A stretch of 40,841 nt of DNA from Pseudomonadota bacterium. GTDB lineage: Bacteria; Bdellovibrionota; FAC87; UBA2466. Position numbers and translations under genes: made by a program. Position 1 is the stretch's first letter, and every line of letters begins with the position of its first letter. The notes below the pieces were generated by a model. That model was not told the DNA's origin and did no database searches. It worked only from the letters and a program-made list of their open reading frames with translations. Shown here piece by piece: positions 18,417 through 26,848 of this stretch. The stretch covers positions 1 through 40,841 of the forward strand of contig JAYUGC010000017.1 of NCBI GenBank assembly GCA_043767805.1. Direction: 5' to 3'.

Positions 18417-19832
18417 TCAATTTGGGCTTAAAAAATGGGCGACGAGTTTATCGAGTTTGTTTCCTCGGGAACCTTTGACGAACAAAGTGTCTCGGGCCCG
18501 CAGGCGTTTTTTCACGGCGCTCACCGCCTCTTCCCAGTTGGCGACCTGCACGCAATCGGCTTCGGAAAGCACTTTTTTGATGGGTCCAAGGAGACTTCCC
18601 ACCGCTGCGCCCACGCCGATGACGACCAAAGGAGCGGAAGACCTGCCTTGAAGCCGGACCACCGCTTCGCCGACTTCGCGGTGTAGGCGATCGCCGAAGT
18701 CCCCGAGCTCCAGCATCTCTCCGAGCACCAGAACGCGGCGGCGATCCACCGCGAGCCCGAAGAGCGTGGTGAGAGCCGAGAGCAGCGCCGTGGGGTTCGA
18801 ATTGTAGGACTCGTCGATCAAAAACACTTCCTGGGCCAGACGATGCACTTCCCCCCGGTGGGAAGCCGGCCTGACCAAGGGCAGGCGCGACCGGATATCG
18901 TCGAGCGACGCGCCGAGTAGCGTCACCATCGCGGCGGCGGAGGCGATGTTCTGGCTCTGGTGGCTTCCGAAAATGGGAATCTTCTCCTGGAGAATTTTCC
19001 CCTGCACTTCAAGCTTCAGCGAAAGAAAGCCGGTATCCGGATCGATGGACTTGGAAACGATGCGCACGTCGGCGGGAAGGCCCTGGTCGGAATAGGTCAG
19101 GAAACGGGGCTTCGCCGGAAACGCCTCATCGAAGGCTTCGCGCACGAGCCGGTCATCGATGTTGACCACGACGCCGATGGACTCCGCGCCCAAATGGGAG
19201 ATGTGATCGAAAACTTCCTTTTTCGCGAGCTGAATATTTCTCTGGCCGCCCAGTTTTCCGATGTGAGCGTCGCCGATGTTAGTGATGCACGCCGCCTGCG
19301 GCTTGAAGTGGCGGCACATCTCGGCGAGCTCTCCCGGGGCGTTCATACCCATTTCCAGTACGAGCCGTTTGGTGGAGTCTCCGACGAGGTACATCGTCTT
19401 GGAAACTCCCAAAAGGTTATTAAAGCTCGCCGGCGAGGAGACCGTATCGGCTCCGAGCAGCGTCGCTATCATGTCCTTGGTGGACGATTTACCGGCGCTC
19501 CCCGTGACACAGCAAACTTGGCCCTTGAACTCCGCGCGGATGGCCTCGGCAATGGCGACCATCGCTTTCAAAGTATCCGGCACCACGATTTGCGCGCAGT
19601 CGACCTTCGCCGCTTTATCGACGATTAGGGCCAAGGCCCCCTTCGCCGCGACTTCCTTCAAGAAGTCGTGGCCGTCGAAAGCCTCGCCCCGAAGCGCGAC
19701 GAAGACCTCGCCGGGCTTAATCGAGCGCGAGTCGGTTGAAATCACCGAAACCGTTTTTTTGGAGGGAAAAGTGGCGGACGCTTTTCCGCCGGTCCAGCGG
19801 ACTAAGTGATCGAGCGTTACCCAGGAGTACAT
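18417..19832 (-). CDS. murF: UDP-N-acetylmuramoyl-tripeptide--D-alanyl-D-alanine ligase
   Basis: Motifs STDSR, VTGSAGKSSTK, SFNN, LEMGMN, DESYNSNP, LGEMLELG and VKGSRG. Confidence 0.95.
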   Translation of the reverse strand: MYSWVTLDHLVRWTGGKASATFPSKKTVSVISTDSRSIKPGEVFVALRGEAFDGHDFLKEVAAKGALALIVDKAAKVDCAQIVVPDTLKAMVAIAEAIRAEFKGQVCCVTGSAGKSSTKDMIATLLGADTVSSPASFNNLLGVSKTMYLVGDSTKRLVLEMGMNAPGELAEMCRHFKPQAACITNIGDAHIGKLGGQRNIQLAKKEVFDHISHLGAESIGVVVNIDDRLVREAFDEAFPAKPRFLTYSDQGLPADVRIVSKSIDPDTGFLSLKLEVQGKILQEKIPIFGSHQSQNIASAAAMVTLLGASLDDIRSRLPLVRPASHRGEVHRLAQEVFLIDESYNSNPTALLSALTTLFGLAVDRRRVLVLGEMLELGDFGDRLHREVGEAVVRLQGRSSAPLVVIGVGAAVGSLLGPIKKVLSEADCVQVANWEEAVSAVKKRLRARDTLFVKGSRGNKLDKLVAHFLSPN

Positions 19833-21298
19833 TATGAACGGTAGTATTCCCGAACCACTTCCCTATCGTCAAAAGGGAACTTCTCGGTACCGACTATTTG
19901 GTAGGTCTCGTGCCCTTTGCCGGCGATGACGACGATATCCTCGGGAGTGGCTAACTTAAGCGCCATGTGGATCGCCTCCCGCCGGTTCACGACGCGGTGG
20001 TACTCGGTTTGGGATCGCTCGATGCCCACTTCGACGTCATCGACGATCTTTTCCGGGTCTTCCGTTCTGGGATTATCGGAGGTCGCAATCGTCACGTCAC
20101 TCAAGGTGGACGCGGCTTCCGCCATCTTCGGCCGCTTGGTGCGGTCCCTATCGCCGCCACAGCCAAAGACGGTCACGATCCGGCCGGGCCCGGTACCGCG
20201 CAAGTCGCGAACCGCACTGAGGAGGTTGCGCAACGCATCGTCAGTGTGGGCGTAATCGACGAAAATATGAGGATAGCTCTCGCCGTGCATCACTCTTTCC
20301 AAGCGGCCCGGGGCACCGTGCGCCGTGGCGAGCGCCGCCGCGGAGACTTTGAGATCCATCCCCAGCGCGTGAGCGGCGGCAAGCGTTCCGGTGACGTTGT
20401 AAAGATTGTGCCGCCCGATGAGAGCGAGGGAGAGATCGAGCTCGCCCACTGGCGTGCGTAGCCGCGCGCGAGTGCCAGCTTTTTCGAACCGAATCGAGTG
20501 TACGTAAAACGAGGCTTTGGGGTCGAGGAGCGAAAAACCAAAACGGTGTGGCGCCGTCGTCTCTTTGAGTAAGCGCGCGCCCCAAGGGTCGTCTTCATTG
20601 ATCACCGCGGTCTTCAAGGGAGCTTCGTTAAAGAGCCGAAGCTTGGCGAGGTAATACGCCTCCATGGTGTGGTGATAATCGAGATGGTCCTGGGTCAAGT
20701 TGGTGAAAACCGCCGTGTCGAACGCGCAACCCGCGGTGCGCGCTTGATCGAGCGCGATGGAGGATACTTCCATGGCGGCGTGGGTGACCTTCGCCGTTCC
20801 CATGCGATGAAAGAGCTCCTGAAGGGACAGCGCGTCCGGCGTGGTCAGATTCGAGGGAATCACTTCATTGCCGACGAGGTATTCCACAGTCCCCAGCATG
20901 CCGGACACGATCCCGGCACGATCCCAAAGCTCCCGAAGGAGATAACTCGTGGTGGTTTTCCCGTTGGTGCCGGTGATACCGACGAGCTTCAGCTTTTCCG
21001 TCGGACGGCCGAACCAGCGAGCGGCCGATAGCCCGACCTGACGCCGCGTGCTTTTTACCAGAAGGGTACGCGGGTGGGCCTGATGGACGTCTTCCCGCTC
21101 GACGACAACCACGGCTGCTCCTTTGGCGAGCGCCGATTCGGCGAAAGCGTGGCCGTCCGCGCGGTGGCCCCGGACGGCAAAGAAAACCGAGCCAGGAAGC
21201 ACCGCGGAAGAGTTTTGAGTGAGTCCGGCGACTTCCGGATCGCCCGTTACCTTGGAGGCGAGAATCTCTTCCGGCAAAAACAGATCACGCAAAGTCAT
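19832..21298 (-). CDS. murE: UDP-N-acetylmuramoyl-L-alanyl-D-glutamate--2,6-diaminopimelate ligase
   Basis: Motifs ITGTNGKTT, LTTPD, MEVSS, TNLTQDHLDYH, DYAHT, GCGGDRD, DNPR (meso-DAP specificity) and AGKGHE. Confidence 0.96.
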   Translation of the reverse strand: MTLRDLFLPEEILASKVTGDPEVAGLTQNSSAVLPGSVFFAVRGHRADGHAFAESALAKGAAVVVVEREDVHQAHPRTLLVKSTRRQVGLSAARWFGRPTEKLKLVGITGTNGKTTTSYLLRELWDRAGIVSGMLGTVEYLVGNEVIPSNLTTPDALSLQELFHRMGTAKVTHAAMEVSSIALDQARTAGCAFDTAVFTNLTQDHLDYHHTMEAYYLAKLRLFNEAPLKTAVINEDDPWGARLLKETTAPHRFGFSLLDPKASFYVHSIRFEKAGTRARLRTPVGELDLSLALIGRHNLYNVTGTLAAAHALGMDLKVSAAALATAHGAPGRLERVMHGESYPHIFVDYAHTDDALRNLLSAVRDLRGTGPGRIVTVFGCGGDRDRTKRPKMAEAASTLSDVTIATSDNPRTEDPEKIVDDVEVGIERSQTEYHRVVNRREAIHMALKLATPEDIVVIAGKGHETYQIVGTEKFPFDDREVVREYYRS

Positions 21299-21325
21299 GC
21301 CAAAGTCCTACCCGAAACAGCTTTG

Positions 21326-21359
21326 TCTTAAAAGGTACTTAGCTTACTACCTTTTAAGA
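21326..21359. repeat. perfect 12-bp inverted repeat with 10-nt spacer
   Basis: TCTTAAAAGGTA (21326-21337) and TACCTTTTAAGA (21348-21359), in the 80-bp divergent gap between murE and the PAD gene. Confidence 0.8.
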
Positions 21360-21378
21360 GACGGGGTAGAATCTCGGC

Positions 21379-22980
21379 ATGCGCTATTTCGTTTTGGCCC
21401 TTTGCTTGTGGATCTCCGTTGGGCGTGCCGATCATGAAACGTCCGGCGCCCCGGGAGCTGCTACTGAAGAAGCAGCCGCGGCCCCCGATCGCTGCCCCGC
21501 TTGGGCCAAGGAAAAAGACGCCGCTCCGCCTTGCCCGAAGGGAAGCACCGTCCTTCCAGATACGTATCCGGCCCTGGCGCACGTGGTGTCCGATGATTTC
21601 AATCCGCATTACGGAAACTGGGCGCCGCACCCCAACGTTCCTTACTGGACTGAGATCAAATCGAAGATGGCGGTTGAGTTTACGCTGAACGCGCTGAAAT
21701 CCTCGGATCCCAAGACACCGCTTTTTTATCTGCCGGTACACGAGACCACCCTGAAGCTCATTCGTGAGGCCATCGGGGAAGCTACAAAAGGTGACTCCGG
21801 AAAACGAAAACGCTGGCTCGGCGCTCTCGTTCCCATGAAGAGCTCGCCCTACGTTTACCTCCAGGATCCCATGAAGGCCGTACGCGGCCAAACACCCGGC
21901 ACGGTGGAGTTGCGCCCCATTCCTTCCCATCTAAAGAACAAGATCGACGAGCCTTTCACCGTCGAGGCTTTCGCGGAAGAAGCCAACAAAGCCTGTCCGC
22001 TGATCCGGCTCGGCTCCCCCATCACTCTGGCGAGCGGCGAAACTCAAGGGGATGGCCATGCCGGCGGCAACATCGTGGGGCTTCCCGGAGGACTGGTCAC
22101 CCGAAGCAACAACCATAGCCCCGCCTTTGCTCATCAGTACTCGGGTGGCAAAGACAACCTCGTCGGTATCGAAACGGATTGGCTTTACGTCGGCCACGCC
22201 GACGAGGTCATCAACACCATCGCCAATCCCAGGGGCGAGGCACCTTGCAACTTCGCCATTGCCGTCGCCAGTCCGCGAAAAGCGATGGAGCTACTGAGCG
22301 ATGAGAAACAGAGAGCGCTGCCTTTCGTCGAGGCACCGGCTGGATCGAAAGTCGTGACTCTCGAAGAAGAGAGTTCGTACCGCAACAAGTTTAGTCTGTG
22401 GTGGCTATGTAATCCGTGGACGAACTACCAGAACGAGCGGCTCAAGGTAGCGGGCAAGCCCGAGATGACTTACGACGAGGAAGCGGCCTTTCTCAAAAAG
22501 TGCAGTGGGATGAATACCGGTGAGGTCGTCGACGTCATCAAGCAATTTCCGCAATTCAGCGTGACCTACGAGCTGACCCAGCAAAGGCTCGACGGCATCC
22601 GCGACGCGGCGGTCTCGCGCATTACGGAAAAGATTCCCGCTTGCCGAGACAAGATCAAAGTCGTGGAAGTGCCGGTGCTCTACCAGCCGATGTTCAAGCC
22701 AATCGAGCTTACTGACGGCAAGCCCGGGGATCCGGTGGAGAAACGCTACGTCCTACCCAAGGGCGCGGTCCGCGCGTGGCTGCCCAATATGGTGAATGGG
22801 GTCGGCTCCGGAAATTCGCTCATCAGTCCCTTCCCTCATAACAAAGCCTTCCGCGAGTATATGCAGAACGCGATGAAAGAGATGGGGGCCGAAAGCCGTT
22901 TCGCCGATGATTATTACTACGCTCATTTAGGAAGCGGAAACGTCCATTGCGCCACCCACACCATGAGGTTTTGCCAGTGA
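21379..22980 (+). CDS. secreted protein-arginine deiminase (PAD) family enzyme
   Basis: N-terminal signal peptide. Motifs LQD (D163), GGN, DWLYVGHADEV (H273, D275), ASPRKAMELL, PNMVN and FADDYYYAHLGSGNVHCAT (C524) are collinear with the PAD catalytic domain. Confidence 0.82.
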   Translation: MRYFVLALCLWISVGRADHETSGAPGAATEEAAAAPDRCPAWAKEKDAAPPCPKGSTVLPDTYPALAHVVSDDFNPHYGNWAPHPNVPYWTEIKSKMAVEFTLNALKSSDPKTPLFYLPVHETTLKLIREAIGEATKGDSGKRKRWLGALVPMKSSPYVYLQDPMKAVRGQTPGTVELRPIPSHLKNKIDEPFTVEAFAEEANKACPLIRLGSPITLASGETQGDGHAGGNIVGLPGGLVTRSNNHSPAFAHQYSGGKDNLVGIETDWLYVGHADEVINTIANPRGEAPCNFAIAVASPRKAMELLSDEKQRALPFVEAPAGSKVVTLEEESSYRNKFSLWWLCNPWTNYQNERLKVAGKPEMTYDEEAAFLKKCSGMNTGEVVDVIKQFPQFSVTYELTQQRLDGIRDAAVSRITEKIPACRDKIKVVEVPVLYQPMFKPIELTDGKPGDPVEKRYVLPKGAVRAWLPNMVNGVGSGNSLISPFPHNKAFREYMQNAMKEMGAESRFADDYYYAHLGSGNVHCATHTMRFCQ

Positions 22981-23435
22981 AAGCTCTTTCTCTGACTCTC
23001 ATTCTATTCGCCTCTTCTCAAACGCACGCCGAGGAGTTACTTCGCTGCTCGGTGAAAACGGGCCGGATGAAAGCGGCTTTGGTGCTGCCATCCGAGGGCA
23101 AGCCTAGTTTCAAGATTACCGACGACAAAGGCGCGGCTCATAACTGCACTCTCAAGCCCGGCTTCGTCGATCATTCTCCCCAGGGAGTTGTCCCGGGCTT
23201 TCTTCTGGCGCTCGCGATCGAGTCCTGCCAGCCGGCACTGACCGCTAAGGCCAAGGACCACGTCGATTGGGATTTGAGACTCGCGGGAAGATGGCGGCAA
23301 GGCGATGCCCTGGAGACTCGCCTACAATGGATCAAAAGCCAGGACCCGGGCACGTGCACGGGGCAACCCGCGAGCCGGGCAAAGCTCGACGCCTACTTGA
23401 AAAATTTGGCGGCCGCCCGGCCCGGAACCAAGTAA
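22977..23435 (+). CDS. small secreted hypothetical protein with four Cys, coupled to the PAD gene
   Basis: The GTG start overlaps the PAD TGA (GTGA), with GAGG 8 nt upstream. Signal peptide MKALSLTLILFASSQTHA; 152 aa. Confidence 0.7.
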   Translation: MKALSLTLILFASSQTHAEELLRCSVKTGRMKAALVLPSEGKPSFKITDDKGAAHNCTLKPGFVDHSPQGVVPGFLLALAIESCQPALTAKAKDHVDWDLRLAGRWRQGDALETRLQWIKSQDPGTCTGQPASRAKLDAYLKNLAAARPGTK

Positions 23436-23498
23436 GGAAGCCTTCGCTTGACCCCTTTTGGTGGGTCCTCGTTTCGGGCACGGGACATTGGCGCCGCT

Positions 23499-25490
23499 TT
23501 ACGGCGAGCGCGCCACCGAGGGCGAAAAGCTCAAGCGCACCGCGGTTTGGCTCGTGATGACGGTGCCCGCGTCCGGTGATTGTCCAGTGAGATAGCCCGA
23601 GCCCTGGATCGTGAAGTTCGAGACATGCGGACCGACGAGGCTCATCGCTTCGCGCAGCGAAACGCCGGCGAGGTTGGGCATGATCCATTTTCCGTCCTCG
23701 CCACCTTCCAAGGTAGGCGCGGGGGCGGAGGGAAGCACCGTAACCGCCGTCTCGGGATTACTTTGCGCGACGGCTTTTCTCGGCGTCTTTCCGAGGATCT
23801 GTAAGGAACGCTCGGCGATGCGGCGAAAGAGCGGGGCCGCGACCACGCTCGCATAGAAAGGCTTCTTCGGCTCGTCCACCATGACCGCGATGAGAAACTG
23901 AGGCCTATCGGCCGGTAAGAACCCGATGAAGGAAGAATAGTAAGTGCCCGCCTTGTAACCGACTCCGGGCTCGTACTTTTGGGCGGTGCCCGTTTTGCCG
24001 GCGACCCGGATCCCCGGCACTTTGGCTTCCTTACCCGTACCGCCCTCTTCTTCCGTCACTTCCGTAAGCATGGAGCGCATCACTTCCACGGTTTTCAGAG
24101 AGAGCACGCGGCGGATGTCGAGCCGCGCTTCTTCTTTCTTGGGAGCGGTCTCGTCGAGCAGAAGCTTCGGGCGAACCCAGAAACCGCCGTTGGCGAAAGG
24201 CGCGTAGGACGCCGCCATTTGTAGCGGCGTCGTGGAGATACCTTGCCCGAATCCGGCGCTAGCGAGATTCACCGACTTAAACCAGCTGGCGGGCTTGGCG
24301 AGCGCCGAGTTCTCTCCCGGCACGCCGACATTCGTCTTCGTGGTCAGTCCGAAGCGGTTCATGGTGGAAATCATGCGCTCGGCGCCAAGCGCTTGCGCGA
24401 CTTTCACCGCGCCGACGTTACTCGAGTGGCGAATGACCCGGCGGAGCGGAATGACGCCGTAGTGATGATCCGTTTCGGCTTCGGTGATGGTGACGTTTCC
24501 AATCTTGAGCTTTCCGCCCTCGCAATCGACGGGCGTGTTCGCGCTCATGATGCCGTCTTGAATGGCTTCGGCAGCGAAGAGCACTTTTATCGTCGAGCCG
24601 GGCTCGAAACGGTGACTGACCAGCCGGTTCACGAGATTGGCGTCGTTGGCCCGGCCGACTTCGTTCGGATCGAACGAGGGCGTTTGGCCGAGAGCGAGAA
24701 GCTCGCCCGTGAAAGGATCGAGCACGATGCCCATGGCGGATTTGGCGCCCGTCGCTTGGAGGGTTTGTTCGAGCTCTTCTTCCACCACGTGCTGAATGCG
24801 GCGATCGATGGTCAGAAAGATGCCGGCGCGCTCTTCCTGCTTGGGAGATTTGCTCGCGATGTAGGACGGCTTTCCGTGCCCGTCCTTCATGGCTTCAGTG
24901 ATGTCGGACTCCACGATGAGCTCCTGGTTCAAGCTCATCTCCACGCCCGCGATGCCGTGGCCGTCTATATCGGTGAAGCCGAGAATGTGCGCGGCGAGAG
25001 AGCCGTTCGGATAAACGCGGCGGTTCTCCTGCTCGAGGAAAATGCCCTCTAGATTGAGAGCCGCGATCCGGCGGGAGGTATTTGAGTCCATTTGCCGCTT
25101 GAGCCAGACGAAGGGCCGCTCCCCGCGGAGCTTCGAGAGCCACATCCGGTGATTGCCGCCCAAAACGCGTGCGAGACTTTTCGCGACGCCATACTTATTG
25201 CGAATGAGCTTGGGCCGGGCGTAGGCGGAACTCGACGGGATGCTCGCCGCGAGCTCCTCGCCGTTGCGATCGAAAATGGGCAGGCGATAAGGCGCGGTCT
25301 TCGCGTTCTTCATGAACTGGCGCTTGGCCAGATCTTGAAGCGCCTGATTGCCCATGACCTGAAGCTGGACGAGGCGGAGGCTGACGAGGGCAAAGCCCAC
25401 CACCACGCCCGCGAAAATCACAGCGAGCCGGAAACGCACGGCGGACTGCAAGCGGGTGGGCTTCTTGGCCACCACCTCGCTATTTTTCAT
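23499..25490 (-). CDS. ftsI: cell division transpeptidase FtsI (PBP3) with C-terminal PASTA domain
   Basis: N-terminal TM, IFDRNG, RVYPNG, PGSTIK (SxxK), SSN and KTGT. PASTA-like MPNLAGVSLREA. Located after ftsL. Confidence 0.93.
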   Translation of the reverse strand: MKNSEVVAKKPTRLQSAVRFRLAVIFAGVVVGFALVSLRLVQLQVMGNQALQDLAKRQFMKNAKTAPYRLPIFDRNGEELAASIPSSSAYARPKLIRNKYGVAKSLARVLGGNHRMWLSKLRGERPFVWLKRQMDSNTSRRIAALNLEGIFLEQENRRVYPNGSLAAHILGFTDIDGHGIAGVEMSLNQELIVESDITEAMKDGHGKPSYIASKSPKQEERAGIFLTIDRRIQHVVEEELEQTLQATGAKSAMGIVLDPFTGELLALGQTPSFDPNEVGRANDANLVNRLVSHRFEPGSTIKVLFAAEAIQDGIMSANTPVDCEGGKLKIGNVTITEAETDHHYGVIPLRRVIRHSSNVGAVKVAQALGAERMISTMNRFGLTTKTNVGVPGENSALAKPASWFKSVNLASAGFGQGISTTPLQMAASYAPFANGGFWVRPKLLLDETAPKKEEARLDIRRVLSLKTVEVMRSMLTEVTEEEGGTGKEAKVPGIRVAGKTGTAQKYEPGVGYKAGTYYSSFIGFLPADRPQFLIAVMVDEPKKPFYASVVAAPLFRRIAERSLQILGKTPRKAVAQSNPETAVTVLPSAPAPTLEGGEDGKWIMPNLAGVSLREAMSLVGPHVSNFTIQGSGYLTGQSPDAGTVITSQTAVRLSFSPSVARSP

Positions 25491-25755
25491 ATTTCAGCAC
25501 CTGATCGGCCTTGGCAGGGAACAGACGGAGGTTTCTCGCGAGCTGATCGAGGCGCGCCGGCGCCGTGAGACGCAACCAGTTCACGCGCGCGCGCTGAATG
25601 CGGCTCTGCTCTTTGCGAAACTCCTTCTCTTGCTGGGCGTAGAGGTACGTCGCCTTGACCGTGGCGGTACGAATCCAAATGACGCCGACGGCGAGCGCAC
25701 ACACCAATACGAGCCAAAATACGAGCTCTACTCGAAATCGCGCTTTGGTTGCCAT
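25480..25755 (-). CDS. ftsL: cell division protein FtsL
   Basis: 91 aa with a single TM followed by a coiled coil ending LTAPARLDQLARNL. It lies between rsmH and ftsI. Confidence 0.8.
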   Translation of the reverse strand: MATKARFRVELVFWLVLVCALAVGVIWIRTATVKATYLYAQQEKEFRKEQSRIQRARVNWLRLTAPARLDQLARNLRLFPAKADQVLKYEK

Positions 25756-25805
25756 AAATAGAAGGGATAAGGGGAGGACTAACTATCTCTCCCTTAATGG
25801 TAAGG

Positions 25806-26735
25806 TCAGGCGTCGACTTTTTCAATGCACCGGAGCTTGGCGCTGCGCGACCTGGGGTTAGCCCTGAGCTCGCTTTCGCTAGGGACCACGGGCTTTCTGA
25901 AGATTAGCTCCGCGCGGCGCACCCGGGGACACCGGCAGAGCGGCTTTTCGCAAATACAACGCCCCGCGAGGATCTTGGTGGCCTGTTTGACCAGGCGATC
26001 CTCGGTCGAATGAAACGTGATGATGGCGAGCCGTCCACCGACTTTGAGAGCGTCGAGCGCCTGCGGGATGACTCTCTCGGCCTCCCCCATCTCGTCGTTC
26101 ACCATCATGCGAAGCCCTAGGAAAACCACGGTGCCCGCGTGTGTTTTCGTTCCGGGTCTATCGAAAATCGCGCCGAGATCTTTGGTCGTCTTCAACCGGC
26201 CCTGGTGAAACGAAGTGTGAATGCGTTTAGCCGCGGGCCAGGCGCCCTTCATGTCCGTATTGCGATCGAGTTGCTGCGCGAGCTCGTCGACGGAAAGCTT
26301 CTCGAGCCACGCCGACAGCGGAAGACCGCGAGTGGGATCCATGCGCATGTCGAGCGGGCCTTCGGCGCTAAACGAAAATCCGCGCTCCGCCATGAGGAGC
26401 TGGCGCGTGCTCACGCCCAAATCGATCAAGATCCCGTCCACGGAATCCTTGGCAACGAAGACGCCAATCTCGGAAAAACGAGAGTGAATGAGTGTCAGCC
26501 TCGGATCGTCCTTCAAGGCCCCTTGGGCTTTGTACTTCGCGAGCGTGAGGTCGTCCTGATCGAAAGCGATGACCCTGCCCGCCCCCGCCGCGAGGATGGC
26601 TTCCGTGTGGCCGCCCTCTCCGAAAGTGAGGTCCAGGTAGGTGCCGCCTTGCGTTACTTTCAGCGCTTCCAAACACTCGGTCACCAAAATAGACCTATGT
26701 AACCTATTGGAATCGCTTTGTTTGCCGCTTTGCAT
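25806..26735 (-). CDS. rsmH: 16S rRNA m4C1402 methyltransferase
   Basis: Motifs DLTFGEGGH, DLGVS, RGFSF..EGPLDMRMD, ITFHSTEDRLVK and NPRSRSAKLR. Confidence 0.96.
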   Translation of the reverse strand: MQSGKQSDSNRLHRSILVTECLEALKVTQGGTYLDLTFGEGGHTEAILAAGAGRVIAFDQDDLTLAKYKAQGALKDDPRLTLIHSRFSEIGVFVAKDSVDGILIDLGVSTRQLLMAERGFSFSAEGPLDMRMDPTRGLPLSAWLEKLSVDELAQQLDRNTDMKGAWPAAKRIHTSFHQGRLKTTKDLGAIFDRPGTKTHAGTVVFLGLRMMVNDEMGEAERVIPQALDALKVGGRLAIITFHSTEDRLVKQATKILAGRCICEKPLCRCPRVRRAELIFRKPVVPSESELRANPRSRSAKLRCIEKVDA

Positions 26736-26744
26736 AAAAAACCC

Positions 26745-26771
26745 TAAAGCGCTATGACGCGGTACCGATAA
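26745..26771 (+). promoter_or_regulatory. sigma28 (FliA) promoter of flagellin
   Basis: TAAA-N15-ACCGATAA, one mismatch from the consensus TAAA-N15-GCCGATAA. Confidence 0.8.
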
Positions 26772-26848
26772 ATACCCTGAATGGCTTGATGCACAATGTC
26801 ATAAAGCCACCAGGAAACACCATGTCCTTTTAAACTTGGGGTAGGACT

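Noticed and set aside
21328..21930. 200-aa minus-strand ORF that would keep dcw strand continuity
   Set aside because: It overlaps the motif-supported PAD gene and has no recognisable features.
23450..23467. Small hairpin GACCC...GGGTC between the convergent partner gene and ftsI, as a terminator
   Set aside because: The stem is only 5 bp and has no clear U-tract on either strand.
26800..26848. GGA motifs in the fliC leader as CsrA sites
   Set aside because: There are only two short AGGA matches, one of which is the SD itself. This is too weak to call.
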